DNA from: Strigamia acuminata
Taxonomy: Eukaryota
Assembly: GCA_949358305.1 (NCBI GenBank)
Contig: OX442314.1
Span: 23,188,001-23,252,000 of the forward strand
Direction: 5' to 3'
Length of the DNA stretch: 64,000 bases
Shown: piece after piece, positions 1 through 12,362 of the stretch
Layout: every line of letters starts with the position of its first letter
How positions within the stretch are numbered: the first letter of the stretch is position 1
Made by a program: the position numbers and the translations under genes
Notes under the pieces: generated by a model
Told to the model about the DNA's origin: nothing
Seen by the model: the letters and a program-made list of their open reading frames with translations, nothing else
Database searches by the model: none

Positions 1-3000
1 ACCGGACGAAGAGAGACACAAAGGAGGAGCCAAAGAATCTGCCGCCATTGCAAAGGAAGACGCTTCAGGAGTTGCAGTGAAAGGAGTTGTTTTCAGACGG
101 ATAATTCCCCAACAGCCCACACACATGGCAAAGCAGAGAATCACCATCTGCAACAGCAGAAGCACATAAACATCAAACATTCGTAATAAAATGAACAAAA
201 ATGAGACAAAAGAAACCGACAACATTTAGAGAATTGACCCAAAGGAGGAAACCCGGGATAAATAAAAATATATTGGATGGGACCATCTGCACAGCCAAAA
301 TGTTAGCCCCAAAAAAAGCAGCCAACACTATAACCTGCCACCTGCCACCTGCCACCGAGTGACCAATATTGGACACCAACAAATTAAATAATAACCAAAC
401 CCACCCCGGATCTGCACTGCCCCCTCTCGCCGACTACACCACAATTGCTAATTCATTGTCAAGAACGGCTTCCTTTCGTGCGACATCGTTTAGACTGGAA
501 GAAAATAAAACAACATACATCAAAAATCGTGCCACGTCTTAAACAGTTTAAACTTAAATCTGCAAAACAAATCAAACAAAAAAACAAAAAGTCCAATCGG
601 AAGATATTCAATCGTCTTTTATAAACTTTAAAAATAAATAAATAAATAAATAAAAATAAAATAAATGGAACACGTCTTCCCGTCTAATTTCAGCGAGAGA
701 AAAAATATTCCACCGGTAAAATTTACATATCATATTTCCTGGGGCCTCCAATTTACCTTTTTTGTTGCTTTGATTCAAAATTACAATTAATTTGCACCAT
801 TCTAATTTATCCTAATAAACAGTCACTTTTTTAAAAATATATAAACAAATATTAATTTTACATTTCACAATTTGAATTGTATTCATTCATTCGATGTTTC
901 TATAATTAAAAAAAAAATTCAGAAGCCATTGCCCTGTTTATCATATTTCACGCCTGGTAATTTTCGGATTAATCCAAACGAATAAAATAAAAAAAAAATA
1001 AAAAAAAATTCAAAGCCTTGTCTAGACCAATTCTAATCATTACGCCATAAATATCCATTAAAAATACAAAACACCATTCATCAAGTCTCGTTCTAGTGCA
1101 TCGAGTGTAGTTTTAACCGATACACGACTGATTTCTATTGAGTATTGATAAATACGTGTTACGCACGAATCAACAAAATCATAAATTGTTTGCAATTCAA
1201 ATTCCAAGTAAATAAAATTTAAAAATTAAAAATAAAATATACCATAAGTGATGATGTTTGGGTTGTTGCATTTCGGGAAGGTCTTCCAGTTACTCCACCA
1301 ACGAGCGCTTGTAGTTTATGTAGCTGTGACAAAAGTGATCTAAAAAAAAAAAATAATTAAAACCAATTTAAATTAATTATAAAACTCCAATTCTTTTGTC
1401 CCGACTTCAACTCACTTATTGCTAGTCTCTAAAGAGTCCACCCTCTTCTTATAATCTGTATTTTCTGTGTTCAATATTTCAACCCTAAATCCAAACGATT
1501 AACCAGTTAACTCCACTTTCCTATGCAAATATCAATCAACCCACTTTTTCTCCAACGCGTCCATGTATTCCTTTTTCTTCCGCCGACTTTCCTGCGCAGA
1601 AATCTTATTCTTAATTTTCCTCCTGATCTTCTTCAACGATTTCTCCTCCGCTTTTGAAAGCGGCAACCGCGAAGGAATCGGATATCCTTCCGCAAGCAGC
1701 GTCCTTTTCTCCTCATCGGTCAAAACCAATGTTCCCGTTGCCCCTTTCTAAAAGAAAAAAATTAATTAAAAAAAAAAAAATACAAAACAATAAAATAAAT
1801 AAATTACTGGTTGTGAACTGATCAATGACGAATGACTGGAAGATGCGTGAGATGATGATCTGTTGCTACTCGTCTGTTGCCGCTGTCTTCCATTTGACGA
1901 TGGACTAACGGGCTGAAGAACATGCTCTGGACTTAAACTCCCTTCTGAATCACTGCTCGCACTTGATGGTGGTGTTGGCGGTAATGAAAATCCCGGTGAT
2001 CCTAAAAATAACCCAAAACGTTACTAAAATTCCTCGACCGGCCCAGCCCTGTCTGGGATTGAAAAATTAAATTCAAAAAAATCTAAAAAATCAATTTCGT
2101 GTTGCACACATCCATGTTCCCACTTGACCCCCTTGGACATTGCACATATAGAGGACCTTTGATAGGAATAAATATTCCAGGAACTTGTTAAACATCCTCC
2201 CCCTCTGGCGCCCTAACAGGACCACTAAACCAGTCACAAACATCCAGAAATAAGAATATTCCCACACATCATGAGCGTGAAGTAAAAAATAAATATTTTT
2301 TTTTTAATTTTTAATTTTTTTTCTTTTGTCATAAATTCACCTGCGGAATTCTCCATTTTCATGTTAACTTTAGGTAGTAAATTATTCCTATTTGGCCTTG
2401 TTGCTAGTATAATGGTTGGCTGTTTTAGCAAACTCTGCGATTTTCTGTGCGGTTGTGGTGAAGATGGTGCTGACATTGGTTCTTGTTTGATGTAAACTGC
2501 GTTGTGAGACGATGCGGTAGACATTGGAATTGCGGGGAAACATTCGGATTCCAGATCTGTGTAGGAATAAATAAGAGTTGGTGAAGTGAACATGTTTAAT
2601 TGAGGAGAGGGGAGAGTGCGAGCCGCGAGGGGAGGAAAACAAGGTGGGTTTGGATTGGGATAAAAAAAAGAAGAAGAAAAAACAAGACATTCCAACGTTC
2701 CCATCAAGGTCACGTAGTTTGGTAGACATCGTGATCTGCTCACAAAATCAGACTGGAAAAACGTTACTAGCAAAATGGTCGGTTCAATGCCCTTTAAGGA
2801 ATGTCGTTTGACCATTAAAAATATTTTTTAAATCTGAGACTCTGGTATCTCGTCGAAATCGATGTGACAGTTTGAAAATAAGTGATATTTGGTTGAAAAA
2901 AAGACAATGATTTCGATTTCGTAATATTTCTAGAAAAAAATTCGAAAAAAAGGCTTTTTTTTTTTTTGTTTTTTTGTTTTTTTGGTGCATGAAGCTTTTA

Positions 3001-6000
3001 AAAGTATCCAATATTACAACCGACCATTGGGAAAAGATATCAGGAATCATAAAAATGTTATAAAAATATTCAAAGTATTCAAAGTATCAATCTGGAATTT
3101 TAAAATTCATTAAAAGTGAGAAATAAAAAAATCGGAAAATTCAAAATTCATTGTAAAAAAAATTTAAAATTGTAATCTGAAGATTTGAAATTGTAATCTG
3201 TAGATTTAAAATTGTAATCTAAAGATTTAAAATTGTAATCTAAATATTCAAAATTCCAATAACAAAATTCAAAATTCCAATAACAAAATTCAAAATTCCA
3301 ATCATAAAATTCAAAATTCCAATCAAAAATTCAAAATCCAATCAAAAAAATCAAAAATTCCAATCAAAAAATCAAAAATTCCAATCAAAAAATCAAAAAT
3401 TCCAATCAAAAAATAAAAATTCAAAACAAAAATTCAAAATTCCAATCAAAAATTCAAAATTCCAATCAAAAATTCAAAATTCCAATCAAAAATTCACAAT
3501 TCCAATCAAAAACCTCAAAATTTCAACCAAAATAATCCAAAAATTTAAAATAAAAAAAAAAAACAAAAAAAAAAAGTCAAACCAAACTTTAATCTATATA
3601 TATAAATTTTCTGACTTTCCTTCATCCTTATCACCATTTCCATTTCTCTATCTTTTCCCTTTTTCAATGAAAACAAAATCGCAACTATGTCAATATATCT
3701 TTCGCTGTTTTGCAAGACACGCTGACCTTGAACCCAACACCAGAATTAAAATACCAACGAGTTTTGTTTGATGACTCAACCCAAACCGACCTTTGTCGAA
3801 ATCATCCAATCCCCCTTCAGGATCTTCATCATGGGGTGAGTCGGGGTTCATTTCACACTCATTTGCCACCAACGAATAGCTATGATCGCTCGAAGAAATT
3901 ATCGTCCGAGGACTATGAAGGGCATCTGTTATCATCCGGTCATTGAGGACAACTGTAGGAGGTCCATGGTCCAAAAACACTGCCCAATCAGGATCACCCG
4001 TAAATGAATCTCCCATTGAAATCTACAAAATTGGAAAAAGAAAAAAAAATTACAAATTAAAATAATTTTTCTCAATATAATTTTAATTAAAACATGAAAT
4101 TTGATTTTTCCATTCATTAAACTTGAGTCAATTGCCACCAGGTCAATGTCCATCCTCGCTTTTCTTTAAATTAGCCACTACTTCTTTTAATTCTTCTTCC
4201 CAAACAACTGTACTGCAACTAGACTGGAGGTCACAGACCCCGAGGTAAGATCAAAGAATGTGGAAGCAAAGGGGTTTATCTCAACAAATATCAACAGTGA
4301 AAAAAAAAAATGTAATAATGCAATAAAAAAATTGCTTCCCCAACGTTTATAATAGCCCCGGCTACTATTAATTTTTTTCCAAACTCAAAATGCAATTTTT
4401 GTGAAAATGGCGTCCAATTTGGGTGAAAAATAATCGAAAATTGCCAAATTTTGATAAAAAATGATCAAAAATGGCCAAATTTTGATAAAAAATGATCAAA
4501 AATGGCCAAATTTTGATGAAAAAATGATCAAAAATGGCCAAATTTTGACGAAAAATGATCAAAAATGGCCAAATTTTGATGAAAAAATGATCAAAAATGG
4601 CCAAATTTTGACGAAAAATGTCAAAACACCCAATTTTTGGTTTAAAAAATGGTCAAAAATTCGAAAATTTCAGTAAAAATGGTCAAAATAATCAAAAAGC
4701 ACCAATTTTGAGTTTAAAAATTATCAGAAATCACAAATTATGGTCAAAAATGCTCAAATATTCTTATTTTTCCATATGTAAACTTCAAAAAATGTATTTT
4801 TCTATGTTATTTAAATTATTTACATATTTCTTATGGGCCTAAAAATATTCAAATTGTAATTTTAGTCCCAATTTTTTTTTATTTCAATTTTTGGAATTTT
4901 TTTTTTGCAGATCTCACGGGGTTAAAAAAAAATTAATAACAGTTATTCCCAAACCACATTTTTTTCTTCAAATTTATTATTTATTTTCATTAAAAAAAAT
5001 ATTGGCCACGTTAAGTCAGTGATCCCTCCTGGTCGTGGTTCTTGTAGAGGGCTTTGGACTTTACCAAGGGCTAAACACCCTGAAGCAAGGTAAGCCAAGC
5101 AAAGCCCACAAATGGCATCAAAGCCCAAAGTCAAGGCCAAGAGACTCGATGCTGCAATACAACCCAAAAGCCGGAAAGAAAAATTAAATTAAATGTAAAA
5201 AAAAAAAAATTAATAAAAGAAAAAATGTAAAAAAAAAAACTCTAATTACTTAACTCACTCCCCAGCCCCCATTTAATTATCCACAAAAATATTTGAATTT
5301 CTCACCCGAAATCATCAAAAACAACGATTAACTCAATTTCCTCTTTTTAATTCTGCACCTGTGTTGTTTTGTCGCATCTGGAAATTGACTACGATTGCAA
5401 CAATAGATAAATAGATATAGGAAGTTGCATCACGGAATTCCTTCAACAATAGAGGCACACGGGAACAAGTGCGCATGACGTAACAGGTCAGAGAAGTTTT
5501 ATTTTTTTTCGGATATTTTCAGTTCACAAAATCTTATCCAAAAAAAATTTTTTTAAAAAAAAAAAAAAAATAACTATTTTATGTTCACATTCATTTCCGT
5601 CTTTAGTCCGGGCGATCGCCTTGACCCGTTCAAAATGCGGGGGTTGCTACATAAATTATGGCGTCGCACACCCAAAAAAAAACGCCGAAAAACCCCGAAA
5701 AATGAACGAAACAAAAACAAAACAATTCCTTTAATTATCTTATCGACTTTAAAAAGATTTAAATGACAAATCCTTTTGGCCTTTTTTGAATTATCATTAT
5801 TTTTCTGACTCACATATGTTTATTCAGTTTGGCCTCGCGTCGCTTCTCAACTTGCAGCATAAGTTGTATGAATTACGACAAGTTGTTCGGGCATTCGTCG
5901 ACACGAATTCCGCCCTCGTTTGGCCGAGTAAATGCGAATTCGCATCGGAAAAGTTGAAAACTGACCAAAGTAGGCGGAAACGTGCGAGCGACGGCGCCGC

Positions 6001-6114
6001 ATGTTTCTTTCCAGATGGTCGTCAAATATTTGCACTTACCGACTCGAAATCGTCGTTTTCCCAAACGTCATTTACTTCGTATAAATTGCCATCCATAGGG
6101 AATGAGTCCATCAT
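1..6114 (-). CDS. CrebA: CrebA/CREB3L1-2-like membrane-tethered bZIP transcription factor (multi-exon, 3' end outside window)
   Basis: Approximate exons: 6114-6040 ([31 protein letters not shown] donor), 4022-3791 ([16 protein letters not shown]), 2556-2342, 2001-1808 ([15 protein letters not shown]), 1748-1543 ([45 protein letters not shown]), 1484-1418, 1338-1243, and a TM exon from 147 ([11 protein letters not shown]). Confidence 0.93.
3170..3530. repeat. Intronic minisatellite, ~20-21 bp unit (AAAATTCAAAATTCCAATCA-like)
   Basis: Tandem degenerate copies visible directly. Confidence 0.9.
4440..4700. repeat. Intronic minisatellite, ~29-31 bp unit (AAAAATGATCAAAAATGGCCAAATTTTGAT)
   Basis: Tandem copies; these generate the spurious repetitive ORFs 4368-4676. 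Confidence 0.92.
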
Positions 6115-7054
6115 GATCGAGATCCGTTGCCGAGGTCGAAAAGCCGGTTCAAGTAGGAGGAATATCCAAGTCGTTTCAGACGATCATCGCACGAGGCCGA
6201 AAAAGGAGGAGAAGAATCTAGTCCTGCGGAGTGATAGCGCGCTCGTGTGTGAAAATAGTTCTTATCCGGGTGGAGTCGGTAAAAGTTGTTTATTTCGGGC
6301 TGGAATTTTTGGGAAAAGGGTTTTTTAGTTGTCTCGTTGGTTCGATTAAATGTTTCGATTCGAAAAGTTGGTTATGCGAGATTTTTTTTTATGTTTTCGC
6401 TAAATACCGGCTGCGGATGGTGATCGATGTTATATGTACACGGGGAAGTTTGTCATTGGTCGGTTTCGGGTCATGGGAAAAAAATGTGTAAAACTTCCAA
6501 CTTAAACGGACGTTCACTATATAGTCATTCATAAAATTCATGAAATACGTAATAAAATGTTTTAGCAATCCGTGTTATATTTTATTACAGATTGAGAGTG
6601 CGGTATAATAGTGTAATTAATTAATAGAGCGTATCGTCGAAGATACACCTGTTGCACACACCTGACAACGGGTGATAAAAACTGACAATTATCTGTACCA
6701 AACCTGCAAAAAAAAAAATGTAAAGATTTTCTAATAAAAAAATTACTAAATTTCGTGGAAATCTACCATTATTTCCTTCCAGAGTTGCAAATAACTAATA
6801 AAATGCACGAACCAACACTTAAATGTAATTTATTTTATTAAAAACTTTGAAATTTTAACTATTTACACAGATATGTACACAAATCTTATACAAAAACACA
6901 CGAAACATTATATATTTTTATTTATAATACTCTATATAAGTTTATTTAAAGATTGTCTGCTTATGGTACCTATGGTACAATTTGGTTACATTTATCACAA
7001 ATATCTTAAAGATATGAATACATTAAAAAAAATCCTCTTTTTTAAACATCACGC

Positions 7055-9638
7055 CTAGAAATTATTCTCGATCTGTACAACTTTCCCTTGTTCCATCATC
7101 GTAACCGTGAAAGTTCCGCTCGAATCTTCGTCCTCAATTTCTTGCAATTCATCACCGGTTTTTTCCTCCGTGTTATTTCTCTCCGGTAACGAAATCAAAG
7201 GGCCCTCGGATTCATTCATGACAGCTGCGCAGTGAAAATTTTTGATTCTGTGGAGCAGTTCTGGCGTAATTGTCGTGCTAACTTGAAAACTTCCGTCGGA
7301 TAATTGCGTTTCTATCTGCGAGATCATTGAATTATCTCCTACAAAACAAATAAATCAAAGAAAAATACAGAAAAGTAATTAATTAAATCAAAATACCGGC
7401 TTCTTGGGGCGTTAATAAAGTAACCGTTATCATCTCCTGATTGAGTGCTGGAGACGCCTCGCACGAATCTTCGCCGGAACCGGAGTTTTCGTTTTCTAAA
7501 TTCGATTCAATTAAAATGTGCTCTGATAGTTTTTCCATTTTCCCGCATTCTAGATCTTTCATGGCTTGGTATATTTGGTTTTGTATGCTGTGAACTGTCG
7601 GAAAGTAACTCAAATTGTGTCGTTCGGGTACTTGATCAACACTCTCAAATAGTGTTTGTTCAACGAATTTTCTATTTAAATTTTCAAAAAAAAATAAAAA
7701 ATTAAAATAAATTAAATTTTTTTAATATTCAATCGCTTTTCTTTACCGAAGTTGTTTCCGAATGACGTAAACTCTAGTTTCGCCTTTCTGTACAAATTCG
7801 CGAATTTTTTCCGCGATTTTTGGATGGATCCGTGAGTTGATCGCGCTCAAAGAATTCAAATCGTTTTCAATATTCAATATATTCTTCACTGGAGAAATGT
7901 TTTTACTCGCGCCTTTACCCAACTCGTGGAATTCATGCGCAGCTATCGTCGGCAACTGAACGTACCATCTATTAACATCAAATAAAAAATAAAAAAAAAT
8001 TAAATCAAATCGTACACGAAATTATTGAAATATTTACACCTTTCCTCGCCGTGTCCATCGAACCCTCTCATTTTGAGTTCTTGGAACGCTTTGTCCATGG
8101 CCGATCGCAAATGTTTTCTATCCGTGTTCGACATGTCGACGATATATTCGGGAAACTTGCAAACACGTTTAATGTAAATTCTTGCGGGGCAAGTCTGCTT
8201 AAACATGCTTTTCGAGACGCCTTCGTTTTGTCGTTTTGACTGTCCTCTGCGTCTGGGACCGAACTGGCATTCCATCACAATGGCACGACTTCCTAAATAA
8301 ACGTTTAAACAACAAATAATTTGATAAATTCTTAAAGGATTAATTTACCGGAATTGATAAAAGGTATTCCGTCGAAAGGAACGTATTGCGATTTCCACAT
8401 AAGCCTCGTTGAGTTGCGCTGCGAAGCTGGTGATTGCCGCGTGCCCCAGAAACTTTGGGTTTGTTGTTTGTGAAATGTTAGGGTTAAATCTAATTCCGGT
8501 TCGCTCGCGATCCAGCCACGATACGAGTCGCCGATAACCTGAAGTTGTAAAATAATGTTTGTTAAAAAATTAAATTTGTTATTTGTTGTGTGGATTTGTT
8601 CGAAGGACCTCGCAATCTCGTAATTTTAAAGCCCAACTGGGAGTGTCGACGGGTAAAGACCGGGTAGATAATGGATTTGATAGTAACATGGAAGTGAGTG
8701 TGTCGCTACTCAAAATACTATTGGAGTCCAATTCGTTGCTTAATTCGCATTCATCTTGAATTACTAAAAAAGTAGAAATTAAATAAATTTAAATAAATTA
8801 TTGAATTATATTTAAAATTACAATTTTGTATTAAAAAAATTAAATTTTTGATCAGAAAAAGTGCATTTTTGAGGGGAAAATGCAAGTTTTGACAGAAATA
8901 ATGCATTTCTGTGGAGAAAAATGTATATTTCCGAAAAAATTTAATTTTAGAAAAAAAATTAATTTGACCAGGAAAAAAGCAATTAAACACCGGGAAAAAA
9001 ATGCATTTTTGAAGAGAAAAAATGTAATTTGACGGGTAAAATTGCGTTTTGACAGGTAAAAATGCAATTTTTGACAGGGAAAAAATGCCTTTGAGAAAAA
9101 AATGTAATTTGAAGAGAAAAAATACAATTTGACAGGGGAAATTGCAATTCTGACGGAGAAAAAAATGCATTTTTAGGCTTAAATTTTGAGTCTTTATAGA
9201 AATAATTGAACAAAAACTGCATGACGAGTCTTCGCTAGCACCGAACGAGCAATCATATCAAATCAAATCAAAAAAATTTCCATCAATTTACATTCTCCTC
9301 GAGACGATTCCGTCTGATCAACCGCAATAATATGAGTCACGTCCGAATTGCCATCTGAAGGAAGCACTTGCCAAATCTTCCCAGTTAATTCACTCGCAAC
9401 TGTAAATCAAAACAACAAAAAAATATATAAATAAAAACATTTATTTAATCAATTATTCAAGTCTATAACTGTTTGGATTATCCTCGTTATTCCCATCGTC
9501 CGGAGTCGCCACCGTAATGACAATGCCATCGAGGGATCGAAGTGTTTCCGCATTTAATATGTGACCAGTTTGCAATATGTGAAGTGGTTGATCATCTGGC
9601 AGCATCGGTTCATCACTGCCTGGAATAGATGCTTCCAT
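7055..9638 (-). CDS. CARF: Calcium-responsive transcription factor (CaRF) homologue, multi-exon
   Basis: Exons encode [69 protein letters not shown] and [14 protein letters not shown], all typical of CaRF. Confidence 0.85.
8860..9180. repeat. Degenerate ~21-22 bp minisatellite in a CARF intron
   Basis: Recurring AAAATGCA(A)TTTT(T)GAC-like units. Confidence 0.75.
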
Positions 9639-10070
9639 CTGGGCAAAATAAACATAACAAATGGATTAAATAAAAACATTTTCGCGTGTGGGTCATTTAA
9701 TTCAAACTGTGGAAATATTTTAACGAAGTTTGCTGAATTATCAGAGGACAAAATGCCTAGAAAAATTCAAAAACTGCTGATATTGAAAGTGAGGGCAATA
9801 GAATGAAAACGAGTCACCAACCTCGCAATGAAACCAGTCGTTTTGAGGAATGATCGAGGCGCTAAGTACAGGACGACACCCAATAGTGCGCAAAATTGTA
9901 CCTTTTTACATTATTAGCTCAAATTATAATTAGTAAGACCAAAAAAACTTTGGTTTGGCCCCGCATATGTCATTCCCCGACATTAAACGCTTGTTTTAGC
10001 TCTACCAAGTTGTTTAATTAAAAACACAATCTGTGTTGTTTGTGCCCCGAGAGAGGAATTCGTCCTCGCG

Positions 10071-10120
10071 ATTGGCTCAAATTCATCACGTGGTAGTAAC
10101 AAACGTGCCCAAACGTGTCT
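10071..10120. promoter_or_regulatory. Shared CARF/MDM2 promoter: ATTGG box, CACGTG E-box and tandem p53/p63-type half-sites
   Basis: ATTGG at 10071, CACGTG at 10087-10092, AAACGTGCCC AAACGTGTCT at 10101-10120, between head-to-head genes. Confidence 0.55.
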
Positions 10121-10316
10121 AAAAGTTAACCAAGACCGTGTTTTGTTCTGTACCACAACTACAAATCAAGAATGGATACCAAACTGTTTAATCGTCTCAC
10201 ATATTTTGTGTTTAAATCTTAGTTAAGGTAATTTAGTGCCACTGGTATATATCACTAGCAATTCCCATTCACAATAAGAAATATAATCATACATCGAGCA
10301 ACAACAAACAACTAAA

Positions 10317-12159
10317 ATGAATTCGATTGCAAATCGCAGCACGGAAGGGACACCAGTGGTACAACAGGTACGAAAACAAATGTGGCGTATATTCTATATT
10401 CAATAACACATTAATTTGAATTTTTAGTACACCGTTAAACCAGAACTACTTAATCTTTTCGAAACAGTCGGTGCGCAAGGAAAAATGTATTTCTCCATAT
10501 CTGAAGTAAATATTAATTTATCTATCGGCCATTTGTGATAAATTTTTTTTAAAAAATAATTCAATTTTCTGTTTTTTAGTTGAAATTTTTCCTTGGTGAG
10601 TATATTAAAACGAAGCATTTACTTGATCCATCAAACTGCCTTAGTATCAATGCCGCAAACGACCCGTTGGGACAGGTATTTGGACAAGATAAATTCCATG
10701 CTCTGTGGGCGCTGTGAGTATTATTATTTATTTGTATATATATTTTTTTTTTTTTAATTTCATAAATTCTTTCCTTGTTTTAGAAAACGGTTGCATTCTT
10801 TTTTAATACCCTTAGGAACTGCAGCAGGTGAATAACTTTACAAACCTATTCTTTGGGTTAGCACATTGTAACACCTGTTGAGTTTTTAATTAATTAAAAA
10901 AATATCTAATTTTCTCATAAATTAATTTTATTTTGTGTGAAATTTTGTAATTTCGGGTTTTGTTTATGTTTTTAGATAGTGGGGTCGATAGTGGGAACAG
11001 CCAATGCACTTCGGAACCAGATGATAACGCTCTGAAAAGGAAATCCGATGATGGTAATTAGCTAATTCCGTCTTTTGTTATATTTCTTTTAAGATTTGAG
11101 ATTAAAATTTTGTTTTATACGGAACAGATATTGTTAATGCAAATGTAAAAAAAGTTTGTTCCGATTATTTCTTCAATATTTGTCTTCCACCAAAGCCAGA
11201 TAGCGAAACCGAAACTATTTACAGCTTACAGGTATTAAAAAATTAAGGAATTTTGTTTACATTTCAAAAATAACTGGAAATAGGGTTACGAAACGGCCGT
11301 TGCGAAAGATTCATCGGATGATGACGAATTCTTTTCGAACGGATGCAACGACGGCGACGACGATAATGCCGTTCTGACAGAATGGGAGAACGACATCGAT
11401 CCTGTGGAAGGTGACACGGACTTGGAGTTTGAATACGAAATATCTTCGTTACCGTCTGATCTGGATTCGGACTCGGCACCATCTGTAGGAGACGCCGTGG
11501 TACTATTTTTTAAAAATTAAAGAAAAAATTATTTTGCTTATTTTTTTAAAAAAATATATTAATTTTTTCAGGAATTTATCTATAAAACGGCCGAAACTGA
11601 CATTGATTTTTGGGCAGATTCGAGCAATTGTCAAGAGGACACAACCGACAGTGAAGATCCAGATATCACCGACTGTGACAAATGGATGTGTAAAAACTGC
11701 AAAAGTCTTAACGCCCCAACCATAAGAAACTGTGAAAAATGTTGGCAATTACGACACAATTGGCTACCCCAAAACCGGCGCAGACCACCGAAAAGATTGA
11801 GAAAGAAACGGAAACGAGACAGCCAAAGAAGAAGGAATCGAACAAACGCATTCAAGGTGACTAAAATCACAAAACACAAATTCTATTCGAACTAAACCTT
11901 CATTTTCTCGCAGCAAATGGAACTGCAGACCGCCAGCGAACCAATGGAAGGGACATCGGCCGAAGATCCAACAAACAAATCAAACGAATCGTTGTGCGTG
12001 ATGTGTTTCGATCGCCCATGCGACGGCTGCATCGTGCACGGAAGTACCGGGCACATGGTTGGCTGTTATAAATGTTTGAAAATGCTCAAACATGGCGACA
12101 AGCCCTGCCCTATATGTAGGGCTCCGATACTAAAAGTTATTCGCGTGTTCAAAGAATAA
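10317..12159 (+). CDS. MDM2: MDM2/MDM4-family E3 ubiquitin ligase (p53-binding SWIB domain, acidic region, RanBP2 zinc finger, RING)
   Basis: Exons 10317-10367, 10428-10505, 10580-10713 give LKFFLGEYIKTKHLLD..NDPLGQVFG (SWIB); WMCKNCKSLNAPTIRNCEKCWQLR (RanBP2 finger); CVMC..IVHGSTGHMVGCYKC..CPICRAPILKVIRVF (C2H2C4 RING specific to the MDM family). Confidence 0.93.
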
Positions 12160-12362
12160 AAAAAAAAATAAAAAAGATTTTTATTTTACTTTAAGAAAAA
12201 AAATAAAGAAAAAATTATTTCATTTTCAAATATTTAATCCAAGAAAAATCAATTCATTATATATATACATAATACTTTAAAGAAGTAAATTAAATATTTA
12301 CAACTAAGTTGCACAAACACTTTAAAAATATATATATATATATATGCACCGATCAAAGCACG

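Noticed and set aside
173..334. Third hydrophobic CrebA terminal exon ([10 protein letters not shown]..)
   Set aside because: The acceptor lacks a pyrimidine tract (GGTGGCA repeats); T-rich sequence gives hydrophobic ORFs by chance.
4368..4676. Repetitive ORFs
   Set aside because: Translations of a minisatellite.
5786..6328. 180-aa + strand ORF
   Set aside because: Antisense to the CrebA first exon and 5'UTR, non-ATG start, no recognisable domain.
8751..9222. Phe-rich ORFs
   Set aside because: Low-complexity intronic repeat.
10071..10093. ERSE stress element
   Set aside because: Order and spacing of ATTGG and CCACG fit neither ERSE-I nor ERSE-II.
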